Shown here piece after piece: positions 52,458-64,000 of a DNA stretch of 64,000 bases. The notes under the pieces were generated by a model, which worked only from the letters and a program-made list of their open reading frames with translations, had not been told where the DNA came from and made no database searches. The position numbers were made by a program, and so were the translations under genes. Every line of letters begins with the position of its first letter. Positions within the stretch are counted from its first letter, which is position 1. The DNA is from Sminthopsis crassicaudata (Eukaryota). Location: NCBI RefSeq assembly GCF_048593235.1, contig NC_133619.1, forward strand, positions 417,721,644 through 417,785,643, given 5' to 3'.

Positions 52458-52782
52458 AAAATCTCTCCCTCTCAGCAATCCAAATAAAATATTAAAAACT
52501 CTCTAATCTCTGTCTTGTCTCAGTTTCTTTAGCATTATACATTCTAATCAGAGTGACAATGTCACATATATATGAGCATATAAAGAATAAATATAAAAAG
52601 AAATAAATCCAAAGCAGTTTTAGATAGAGGACACCAGCCATTGAAGATATTAGGAAAGGTTTTTTTTTTCCATAGTGTTTGAATTATATTTTGAAGGAAG
52701 AAAGACATTCTTTGAGATATAGGTAAAAAGGAAGTGTATTGCAAGTATTGGGGACAGCTATTGTTAAAATACAGAAATGAGA

Positions 52783-53532
52783 TCAACTTGGAAGTATGCC
52801 CAAAGGACTATCAAATTGTATATACCCTTTGATACAGCAGTGTTTTTACTGGATCAGTATCCCAAAGAGATCATAAAAAAGGGAAAAGGACACACATCTA
52901 TAAAAATATTTACAGCAACCCTTTTTGTAGTGGCAAATAACTGGAAACTGAATGGATGCCCATTAGTTGGGGAATGGCTGAATAGTTATGGTATATGAAT
53001 TATGGAACATTATTGTTCTATAAGAAATGAGCAGCAGGTCTATTTCAGAAAGGCCTGGAGAGACATATCAATTGATGCTAAGTGAAGTGAATAGAACCAA
53101 AAGAACATTATGCAGAGCAACAACAATATTATGTGATGATCAACTCTGACAGACTTAGGTCTTTTCAACAATGAGATGATTCAGGTCAATTCCAATAGAC
53201 TTATGATGGAGAGAGCCATCTGCATTCAGAGAGAGGACTATGGAGATTGAATGTGAATCACAACAAAGTATTTTCACCTTTGTTGTTGCTTTTTTTCTTT
53301 CTCATTTCCTCCTCTTTTTGATCTGATTTTTCTTATGCATCATGATAAATGTAGAAATATGTTCAGAAGAATTGTACCTGTTTTACCTGTATTGGATTAC
53401 TTGATGTCTAGGGGAGGAAGTAGAAGAATAAAGAAAGAAAAAACTTGGGATACAAGTTTTTGCAAGGGTGAATGTTGAAAACTATCTTTGCATATATTTT
53501 GAAAATTAAAAAGCTATTATTATAAATAAAAT
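52783..53532 (+). mobile_element. 5'-truncated L1
   Basis: ORF2 C-terminal remnant; 17-bp TSD aaaata(c/t)agaaatgaga (52766-52782 / 53533-53549). Confidence 0.88.
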
Positions 53533-55309
53533 AAAATATAGAAATGAGAGGTGGAGTGCTGTGTAGAAGAAATAGAAAGAAGGCGAGTTTGTCTGGATTT
53601 TAGTATAGGAATAGAGGTAGAGTAATGTACCATGAGGTTGGAAAGATAGGATGAAGTCAGGCTTAGATTTAAAAGCTAAACAGAGGAATATATATTTTAT
53701 CCTAGAGACATTGAATTTTACTGGGTAATGATGTGGTCATATCTGTGTTTAAGTCACTTTGGCAGTAGTACATTGGATGAATTGGAATGGGAAGGGCCTT
53801 GAAACAGGGATAATAATTAGAAGATTGTTGTAGTAATCTAGGTGAGATATGATAAAGGCTTAGAACTAAGGTAGCTATGTGTGTAGAGAAAAGGTCAAAT
53901 GTGAGAGATGTTGTGATAACTAATTAAATATGTGAAAGAGAATGAAGAGTCAAGGTATTGCAAAGATTATGAATGTGAGAGACTGGAAGAATGATACGGA
54001 ATCCACTTTTGACATGAAGAAAAGTTTGGAAAAGAGGTGGGTTAGGTAGATGGAAGCAAATGAATTTTCTTTTGAACATGTTAAGTTTCAGATTTCTTTA
54101 AGATACCTAAGTTGAAAATTACAATAGGAGACTGATGCTTAAGGATTAAAACTCAGGAGAGTGGACCTGGCTATATGAGCCATTAAATACAAGAGAACTA
54201 CTGGAGTCACCAGAAGAGAGAGTAGAGAGAAAAAAATAGGGATGCTAGGATAAATTCTTGGGAAAAACTACAAGTTAGTGGATGAAATGCATAATAAAAT
54301 GGCAAAAGAGACTAAGACAGGAAAGACAGGCAGGTAGGAGAAGAAGCAAAAGAGCAGTATCATTAAAGCCCTGAGACAAAGACTATCTAGAAGAAGCTGT
54401 GCAATAATTTCAGATTCAGCAGGTGCACATAAAAGATGATTGAGAAAAGGTAAATTAAATTTAGCAATTAAAAAATTACTGGTAAATTTAGAGAAATCAG
54501 ATGAGGGTTATGGTCAGAGACCAGACTACAGAAAATCAAGGAATAATGAGAGGTGAGGAAATAGAGGCAGTGGATATAAAGAGGCTTTTCTAGGATAGGA
54601 CAATAGTTTGAGGGGTTAATGGTATCAGTGAACGATTTTTAAGTATAGGAGGTGATTAATGCACATTTGAAGTCTGTAGAAAGGAACCAGAAGAGAGGCT
54701 GAATATTGGAGAAAGCAATATAGTTGAGGTTGAGTTTAGTAAGAAAAGGTGGAAGAAAATGGGATAAAGGGAACATGTAAAAGGGTTTACCTTGGAAAGA
54801 AGGGCTACCTCATTTTGACAGACTGAGAGAAAGGATGAGAAGGGGATAATGTCAAGTAGTTTTAAGATGAAGTACTGTGGGGTCAAGGATTAGAGGTCTT
54901 GGTGAAAATGAAAAACTTTACCTCAGCCAAACATGTAAAGAATGGGTTATATTATTTAAGTTTTATTGAGTAGTTGGGAAGATAAAGAGTTGTGTGAACA
55001 TTGCCATAGATGTTGAAAACCACCAGTATAAGTACAGGAGTTGGAAAGGAAAATAAAATATTGAACCAGGTATTGAACTATTGAGAAAGGAAGAATGACC
55101 TGGGGAGAATATTCATTATACAAAATCAAAATCTTGATTAGGTGGAAAATTTTGGTAATGTAAACTTCAAAAGGTTAGAGGTTACTGATGATGATAGTTA
55201 AGGAAAAGTCTGGAAAAGAAAGTGAGGATAAAAATAGTATGAGTGCCCCTTCAAGATCAGTTTGTCAGGGTAGATAAACTAGCCCAGCACTGAGGATGGC
55301 TAAGCTAAG

Positions 55310-55610
55310 TGTAAAGGGCTAGAATTGAGCAATGCACTTGGATAATGAAGCATGTGAGACTAATTGCCAATTGGACGGTTCCCTATTAACTTGTTTGAAA
55401 GTTGACCCTCCCCAGCTGTTCTGTGCTGACCTGATTGGTGGGACAAAGAGGGGGAAGTGACTTGTGTGGGAGGAGTAAGAAAAACTTGGGTGGTGGAACT
55501 CACGTGCACTTGCACTCGTGACCTGGCATTGGAGGCGACGGTAAAGATCTAGAATAAAGACATTTAGTGATCCTGACTCCTGCTGATTTCTGGAAGATAG
55601 AGTTCCAGCA
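55310..55610 (+). mobile_element. LTR A (301 bp) of the composite element
   Basis: TGTAAAGGGC...CCAGCA; AATAAA at 55553-55558; followed by tt and a PBS. Confidence 0.9.
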
Positions 55611-55612
55611 TT

Positions 55613-55630
55613 TGGCGCCCAACATGGGGC
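55613..55630 (+). other. Primer-binding site, tRNA-Lys1,2 type
   Basis: TGGCGCCCAACATGGGGC is 17/18 to the canonical Lys1,2 PBS TGGCGCCCAACGTGGGGC; the mismatch is a CpG-type transition. Confidence 0.92.
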
Positions 55631-55636
55631 GCCATT

Positions 55637-56206
55637 TGTAATGTGCTCTCCTGGCAGTTACAATTACTAGTCTGCCCTAGACCCACCAGAGTACCTTTGA
55701 CCACTGTACTTTGCAGTGTGAACTCTACCCAGCTCGCCTCCTCTGAGGCCTTCAAAGGTCTCTGGCCACAATCTCTTGAATCTATAGCTTAATAACCGGT
55801 AGCGCACTCAAGAACAGCCATGTGTAATCTTAAAAGCCTTTATTATATGTACTCACATAATGCCCTGACTGATGCCCTGACTTGTTGGTTCCCTAGTGAA
55901 CACCTGGTCAGAAGACCCACATGTTCACTACCAAAATCCTTACCTCTTTTGGCTATCTATCTTGGCTTGGCCACCCAGGCTAGGAAGCCAGGGTGAAGAA
56001 CGCCAGGTTAAAGAGGGCGACCGCTGCCTGCAGTGGGCTTATATAGGGCCTGTGAGATCACACACACATCAGCGAGAGAGTCACCCATTACGAAGCTATC
56101 TCAAAATGGATAGGATCCCACCTACAAGGCAGTCCTAATATCCATAGAAATTACTTCCGGGCCTCAATGATGCGCTGTGGCGCAGCCCATTTAAAGGGCC
56201 CTTACA
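55637..56206 (-). mobile_element. LTR B (570 bp) of the composite element
   Basis: Minus strand TGTAAGGGCCC...CATTACA; TATATAA at 56039-56045; AATAAA at 55839-55844; followed on minus by aa-TGGCGCCC. Confidence 0.9.
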
Positions 56207-58959
56207 GCTAAGTCTCAGTAAAGGCTAGCAGATTGAAAGTTTGTGAAATCAAGAATTCCAGGATGAAGGGAAGATAGTTCACTATGGGAAACACGAATTT
56301 CAGAAGAAACAGTGGAAGGGATGGATAGGTTTGGAGTAAATCATGGTTAGATTAGGATTGAGGAGAATGATGATAAAAGAACACGAGGTGGAGGGGGTTG
56401 ATGATAAATTTCTGATTTTTGGCTGGTGACTTATTAGTATAGGAAGTAGAAAAGAAACAGAAAATTGATAGCCATAAGAGGAAAATGGGGGGCAGATGAG
56501 AAAGTAAAAGGAAGATAATGAACACTCCGTCCTGAAGTTTGTTACAGAAAAGAAAAACTAGTCATAACCTGACATATAATATTTCTGCCAGAGTAAACAG
56601 ACAAGGATCCACAAAATAGAAACATTGTATGCCAGAACAAATATTTACATTTTTGTGTTTCTTTTTTCTCAAGAAACCTTTAAATATAACATAGTAGTTA
56701 GTGCTCCCCCCCCCAAAGGTGGTCTAATTATAATTATGTCAGTTCTATCTTGCTATCAATAGTATAATTTTAAAACGTTAATTTCAATTCCCCTCTAGGG
56801 AAACAATGTATATTTTCCCACACAGTCATACTAATTTTTCTGGCTTTAGGAAGCAACAAGCCTGAAAAAAATATCCAAAACATCATACTGTAAACAGGTA
56901 GTTCAGTTCAGGGCACAGTTGTTTGCTAGTGGGTTTTGTTGTTTTATTTTTATAAGTTTTGCTATGCTGTTGTTATGAGCTTATTATCTCTATTAAAATA
57001 TCATGATCATAGATATGTGCATGCATCTTCCAATGATTTAAGAGGGAGGAAGTTACATATGGGAGAGTGAGAATTAAGCTCTGAGTAAAGGCTCACAGTC
57101 AATCATCATTGTTTACTAAACACCTAGAAATTAAATTTATGTCATAACTACTAATATTCAAAAAGTTGTGTTTTTATTCAGGTAAAAGTATTTTTTGTTT
57201 GCTCTTTTTGTTTGTTTTTATTGAGAAGCTAACAGCATTAAGTAAAATAGTTAGCACAGAAATTTAAGCATAGAAAGCAATAGCTCTGTTTTATATTGTT
57301 TACCACATATGTATTCACGATACCAGCTGATTCTAATCTTCTGAGTACTTTTTGTTTGGCTAATGTCATGTAAATACTTTACCATTTGATTTTTAATACA
57401 AATTTTAATTTACTACATTTTTATTAGGAATGTGTAACAGTGGAAATTTTAGCTTTCATATGCCCCAAGACATTTTATTCCCTTTTATTTCATGAGTAAT
57501 TTTTAAATAAATGTTTGTTGTCGTAGAGGAAAAAAATACCTTTAAGAATTTTCTGAAACTAGAAATATAAATATGATGCAAAAGTGATAGGATATAGTGA
57601 TGATAACTCATAAATATGGAGGTCAAGGACTGATAGTATAGAAAAGAAACCTTCAAATTCTAGACATATATGAATGAATCCTTACTTCTTACTGAATACT
57701 GTAGGAATCTTGGAAAAGGGAAGGAGAAGAGAGAGGAAGAGAGGAAGTAATCTTTTTTGTGAATGTTACTGAGGAGGAACTTGTTGTCTAAGTGGGAACT
57801 CTATTCAGGTAAAAGTATGCTATTTTCATGATAATGTTTGTGTTTGTGTTGTAGGTTCTATGTACATTTAAAACAAGGCCTGACTACCAGTTTGTCATGC
57901 TAGACTGGTAACTGATTATCAGAGTTGTGACTTGGAATTCTGATACTAGGAATAAATTTAGTTTAGCAGGAAGGTAGGGAATGGGGAGTGAGACCACACT
58001 TTTTATGGCTGGTGTGCAATGCCTTATTACTTTCATATACTTATTCATAGAAAGTTCTTTCTTTGTTCTTTGGTAAAGAAAATAAATGCATTAAATTAAC
58101 TCTTTGTGTGAACAGGAACAAGCAAGAATCACTGACCTTAAAGGCAAACATTTGGCTTATCTAAATCTTTCTCACTTTTGTTTTTTTTTTTTTTTTATAT
58201 AGAGTAGAGAAGGTCAAGGTTCAGAACTGTTATCTTCTAAGTGGCAGATTTGTGTTCTACTTCTATCCTGTCTTGCCAACTTTTCCCCTTTTCGGTAGTC
58301 CATGTTCCTAAGATTTTCACAAATAAATGTATAAATATAGTAGTCTTTCAAATAACAAAAAAGGACCAATTACTATGAAAACATATAGGAAAACAATGAA
58401 GAAGGTAATGTTATCTAGATTTTTGACACTAGATAATTCATTTAACCCTGTCTGATATATATGTAAAATGCGAATAATTATAGATCCTTCCTCCCAGATT
58501 ACTGTAAAAGTATAATTAGACAATGCATTTAACTTTCTAATATTATAAATATTAATTGATATAATTTACATACAGGTGTAGATCCTTAAATTTTTTTTAA
58601 TGTATGTGAAGATATCCTAAGACTTCTCTAGAGTTTTATGACCCTTTGGAGTGCTGCAGTGATACCTTTATGCTATGAACTTCATCCTTCATTTTCAATA
58701 CTTTTGATAACATAATCACACATGACATGTGACATACTATATATATGATGTATGATATAATTAGTTACATAAAAGCTGGAATTATAAGCAGAAATCATTG
58801 CATTGTTGCCTTAGAGCTGAAACAATTTTATCACAAATCCTAAGACCACTTCTGTGGAGCTGACCTTCACACTCCAAGTCAGTATATTATATTATACATT
58901 AGCAGCTTGCTAATGTAACCAATTATTCTTGATAACCTGATGCTAATGTTAGTATTCAT

Positions 58960-60600
58960 AATTAGCATCAATAAACATTTATTAAATGCTTATTATTTGT
59001 AATAGTAAAGATTTACTTACAATAAAAAGTGTTAAGAGCTGGGTATATGAAAAAAACCCATCAAAAATATTCTGTCTTCAAGGAATTCTTATTTTAATGG
59101 GAGGAAGGAGAACATAAAAATCACTAGGTACATGCAAGATACATAGGAGTAGGTGGAAGCTAATTTCAGAGAGTAAGTCAGTAGCTTGGGGTGATAGAAA
59201 AATCCTCTTGCAAAGTTGGAATTGACCAATATCATAATGGAAGTGAGATAACTCAGAGTTTGGTTTAAGGAGAGAGAGAACATTTCAGGTATCCCAGGAG
59301 ACAGCCAATGCAAAGGTATAGAGATTGAAGTGTACTATATATAAGCCAGTATAGTTGATTTGTAGAATATATAAAGGGGATTAAAGTGTAAGAACATTAA
59401 GAAAGTAGGAATAAGGCAAGTTTTGAAGAGCATTAAATATTAAACAAAGGATTTTTATATTTAATCTTGGAGGTAATAGTAATGAGATTACTTTAGCAAA
59501 ATTATTTCAACATCTTCATGGGAGATAGATTGTAATGGGAAGTTCATTAGATGGCTATTACTAGTCCAGATGAGAGGTAAGGAGGGTCTGAACTAGAGCG
59601 ATGGCTTTGTGGATACAGAAAGACATTGTAGAGAAAGAAATTATAAGATTTGGAAACTATTTGGCTATGTTGGGTGAATAACAGAGAAGGGTTGAGGATC
59701 ACACCAAAGTTGTGAACCTGGGTCATTCTGAGAATGGAGGTGCCCTCAAAAAACAGCAAGGGAATCCAGAAGTAGGGATAGATTAGGGAAACATAATAAA
59801 TTTGTTTTTGACATGTTGCATTTGAGATGTCAGTGGGACATCCAGTTCAAAATGTCTAATAGGCAGATCTCAAGACTGAATCTCAGGAGGGTTTTGAACT
59901 GGATATATAGACTTAGGAATCATTTAAATAGAGATGATAATTGAAACTATGGTGAAAACATTAAGTGTGAAGGCATAAAGGGAGAACAATCTTGGGTTAC
60001 CAAGTTATTAGATGTAATGTGAATGAAGATTTAAAATAAAGGAGTCTTAGGGATGAGACAGTAAAGTAGATATCCTAAAGCAATGTCATGAAAATTCATA
60101 GAGGCGAGAGTATCTAGAATGCTCAAGAGGATATCAATAATATCAAATGCATCAGAGAAACAAAGAAGGATGATGACTAAGAAAAGATTATTGGATTGGG
60201 CAATTAAAATATAATTAGTAAGATCAGAGATGGCAGTGTCAGTTAAATGATATTAGAAATGTGTACAGAGAGTGAAAGTATAGAAAGTGGAGACACTTTT
60301 CAGGGAGTTTACTCAAGAAGGAGAAAAGAGATATAAGATGAGAATTAATGACAATGATTAAATCAAAAGAACTTTTTCTTTTTTAGGATGGATAAAGATA
60401 TGGTACTGCTTATAGACAGCAAGGAAAGAAGTAGTAGGTAAGGAGAAATTTAAAATTAGAGAGTGTAACTATGACAAGAGAGAAGACTAGAAAGGGTAGT
60501 ATCAAGGGCATATAGAAGGATTGGTCTTGGAACGGAAAAGGGCAACTTCAAGAGCTCTTGGGAAATGGATCAGAAAATTTGAAAAGCTTCGATTTTAGAA
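58960..60600 (-). mobile_element. L2 LINE, 3' end at ~58960
   Basis: L2 terminal motif aagcatttaataaatgtttattga on minus, then ~1.6 kb of purine-rich plus-strand sequence. Confidence 0.7.
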
Positions 60601-61047
60601 GATATGTTTTGTGATCAGTATAGAAGAAGTGTGATCTAGTTCTCAAATCATCAATAAAAGGTATAAAGAATTTGAGGTTAAGATAGTGGGTGCCTTAGTG
60701 TTTGGGCAAGTCACAATTGGTCTGCAGGTGTGGCTATAGCTGAGAAGTGTGGGGTATTGTTGACAAGCCTTTTGGTTTTGTTTTTGTTTGGTTTGCATTT
60801 TTTTTTAATATTGGCTCTGTTCCCAAAGCTGGCGGCTGTGAGCTTTTAAGCCATTTCCCCTGCATTTCTTAATCTCACAGAAAATATGTAATTCTGGAAC
60901 AATGCAAAGCAGAGGAAAAGAAGGTTGAGAAGGAAGAGAGAAATATAGTTAAATAAATAAGTAAGTAGATAAATAGATAGATACATGTATATCTCATCTT
61001 CTATGTGTGTGTACATAGTATATGTATGAGTTTAATTTTCCAATTTT

Positions 61048-61174
61048 TTTTTTTGAGGCTGGGGTTAAGTGACTTGCCCAGGGTCACACAGCTAGGCAGT
61101 GTTAAGTGTCTGAGACCAGATTTGAACTCCCGTCCTCCTGAATTCAAGGCTGGTGCTCTATCCACTGCGCCACC
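61048..61174 (-). mobile_element. WSINE1, ~10 nt 5'-truncated
   Basis: 15-bp TSD taattttccaatttt (61033-61047 / 61175-61189). Confidence 0.9.
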
Positions 61175-61579
61175 TAATTTTCCAATTTTGAGAGAGGCCA
61201 TTAAAAACTATTAGGATGAATTATATTAATCACAACCAATGAAAATCAATAGAATCATCAAATATTTTATAGATTAAAAAAATCTGAAGCCTATATTATT
61301 TAGTCTCTCTGAAGCAAGAATTCCTTCAGTATAGCATTTAGCAAAATTAAAACATTTTCAGTTTTTTAAACAGGTTGAATACTGATATAGTTATTTAATT
61401 CAAGTAAATTAGAAGGTGAAAGAAGGAATTTATTTTTCTGTTTTGTTATCAAAATACATTTGTAGTTTCTGTTTCTGGATTATAATTGAGATTATAGAAA
61501 GCCATTGGATCATCTGTACTGCACAGATGAGGCTCCTCTTACTTTGCTTTCAAGGACTTTTCCTAATTCAGAGGGGGTA

Positions 61580-63250
61580 AACTCCTATAATACTGTCAGT
61601 TGTTTTTATTATTCTTCATAATTACTGGTTTCTTAACTTATAATTAAGTGATACAGCAAATGGAAAGGTAGTAATTGAAGTAGAAAAAAATGTATAATTT
61701 TATTTACAACTAGGGTTTGTATAATCTATTGTTGTTTCCAAATGGAGCTATTGGGAAATAATGTTTTTAGTAATGATTTTCTCTTAGTCACCAAGATATA
61801 ATGCTCAATAAATACAATTTTCATTGTATTACATATAATACAACAAAAAAGAGGAGAAAAGACCTTAAGTTGAATAATGCATTTAGAGCATTAAAGATTT
61901 AGAATATGTTATAGATTTTGAATGTGATTTTGTACTTATATTTAATTATGGATAAACTATATGTCCCAGGAATTTACCTAAAAAACAAAAACAACTCAAC
62001 ATTGTAAATATCCAACCTGAAATTTTAAACATTTAGTCCCTCTACTCAACTAATAGAAATATAGCCTATGCTGGGAATAAGGTTGAACTCCTATACTGAT
62101 ACAAAGCAACAGAACCTTTTCTCAGATCTTTGGGATAGAGGTGGTGAAGAGCTTCATTTTCCTGGAGCTTTCTTCAAGTTGCATGCAAAATACTGACAGT
62201 CATGTTGTTAAGAAACAAAGACATTAACCTAAGTAGATTCCATCAAAATAAAGTTTAAAAACAACTTTGTCTCTATCTTTTGTTATTTTGAAAATAAATA
62301 TTGCAACAATCTACTTACTAAATTAAAATAAGAAAGAACATCAACCATTCACTGAGCAACTAAAGAGGTAATTTCGATTAACTTGAAAACTATGTCAGTG
62401 ATATGGATAGTTTTGAGGACTTAACCATAGTAGAAAACATAACAAGGTGATGCTCAGTAACAGGCAAGCAGACTCAGATTTACAAGACATGTGATGATAT
62501 GAGTAATGAATTTCTAAATTTGACTCAGTGTCCAGAGAGAAAAGAAATATAAATTTAAAATTATTGATGCTATTCTAGTGGTAGAGAATTAATGGGAGAA
62601 TTCCCTTTTTGGTTGGAGGTACAGGTCCAGTGTGAAAGAAAGAATCTTAGTGGCAAAAAAGGAAATTTTATTTTTCACTAAGAAGCTCCCTCCCTCCTAA
62701 TGCACAAATCTCTTAATGAGGAGATTTTCAGAGAATATGTTAACAGAAACCTATTTTATGAGCAAATCAGACCAAGATTTCCCAATTAAATGAAATCACT
62801 TTGAAGGCTTTTTTCCCTCAGAATTTGGAATTTCCTGAATGGGGATCTGGCTATTCAAAAGATCAATGGGGGGATGTTTTGCCCAAGATCTCCAATTGAA
62901 TGATGCTGCTTATCTTAGAAAAAGGCCTGTCTGGAAAATATGCCCCCTCCTAGACTCGAATCTCCCTTCTTTTCCAGATGAAAGGGGATACAATTTCAGA
63001 GTGATTATTTTACAGATTAAAAGGGACAGTTTCAGAGTTCTCTCCCATCACTTTTAACAAATTATTTTAATCAAGGACAGAAAGACCTTGGAAAAATGTA
63101 AGGTGTTATACTTTGTACTTTCAAAAACCTATTTTTTTTGGTAGAAGGGACCTTGAAGATGATTTTCTTTAACCCCATTTTACAGGTAAGAAAACTAAGA
63201 TTAAATGAAGTTACATTATTTTTCTACTTTCATAAGTCAGTGCATAATAA
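61580..63250 (+). mobile_element. Degenerate CR1/L3 LINE fragments
   Basis: CR1-like segments (gaatttggaatttcctgaatggggatctggc etc.); boundaries approximate. Confidence 0.4.
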
Positions 63251-64000
63251 AGACAAGATTTGAGGGACAAATCTTTGATTTCAAATCCAGGTATCATGTA
63301 CAACACCATGCTACATCTTTATTATTTGCCTTATTATTTTTTTTTAAGTAGCATTATTTTTTTTCCAGGGTAGCATGAATGTGATTTTGGGTCCTTTAAA
63401 ACAAAATTAGCAAATCACAACTTGGATCTCATTCTATACGGTAGGAGAAGCTTCATATAGATATATTATATATCTGTCAACTAAGGACCTGCCTAAGTCA
63501 TTTGAAGATTACTTACAGACTGACCATAAACCGAGGAATTTTTCTGCCTCAGCAATTTCCCCAAGACCATCTATTTAGCTCCTGAGGGATCATTATAATT
63601 ATTGGTAAAGCAAGTTTCAAAATGATGAAAGTACAGATCCTGTAAGAATTAAAGCAGTGTTTCCCATTATTAACGTGGTTATTTTTTAAGGTTTTCTAAT
63701 TTTTATATTAACCAAGTATTCAGTATAGAAATTCCAAATTTTAAAATAGAAAAATATTGTGGCAATTATATGTGATAATATATATTAATTTGGGTGAAAT
63801 TGTGATTTTATTGTATTATAACTTTGTTCTTTCATTTAGAATTCAAGAAAATATTTTTCTTAAATTTTTTTGACAATGGCTCAAAAACAAAATGAAAAAC
63901 TAAAGTTGTATATGAATTGTTTTTTCTTGAAAAAATAAATGCATGTTTTTTTTTAAATACTTTGGAGAAATTTATCTGAAGTCACAAGATCTGGATTTGT

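Larger units (their letters stand above)
51202..52539 (+). mobile_element. ERV1-like solo LTR interrupted by (TA)n and an L1 insertion
   Basis: TGTTGTGCC start, ~5 copies of the 21-bp repeat, AATAAA after the L1, end gcatta(t)a; 4-bp TSD catt (51198-51201 / 52540-52543). Confidence 0.8.
53550..56520 (-). mobile_element. L2 LINE fragment hosting the composite LTR insertion
   Basis: Purine-rich plus strand; minus ORF remnant SKVNPFTCSLYPI...SLSSGSF resembles the L2 ORF2 pre-RT segment; coordinates approximate. Confidence 0.65.

Noticed and set aside
56520-64000. SLC40A1 (ferroportin), expected next by human synteny
   Set aside because: No CpG island, IRE stem-loop or coding exon seen; it presumably lies beyond the window.

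Overview
Eukaryotic, repeat-rich mammalian DNA, inferred to be from a dasyurid marsupial (WSINE1, marsupial L1 3' UTRs, MIR/Mar1, L2, CR1, RTE). Two genes lie on the minus strand. The first is the complete 6-exon ASNSD1 transcription unit (CpG island ~30.6-31.4 kb). It carries a 4-exon, 96-aa upstream ORF (ASDURF), which the ORF track misses because it is spliced, and this ORF ends 19 nt before the 634-aa ASNSD1 ORF. The second is the 5' part of ANKAR (CpG island ~16.4-16.9 kb; coding exons 12540-13137 and 1-158, continuing off the window). ANKAR intron 2 holds an env-less, 5'-truncated betaretrovirus-like pol with an open frame and a 3' LTR, plus two solo LTRs, all sense to ANKAR. The 33-64 kb region has no recognisable gene. 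Its most unusual feature is at 55310-56206: two unrelated complete LTRs fused head-to-head through one tRNA-Lys primer-binding site and flanked by a single perfect 6-bp target-site duplication. This fits an integrated heterodimer of two plus-strand strong-stop DNAs. All calls were made by eye; family names and human comparisons are recalled, not database hits.
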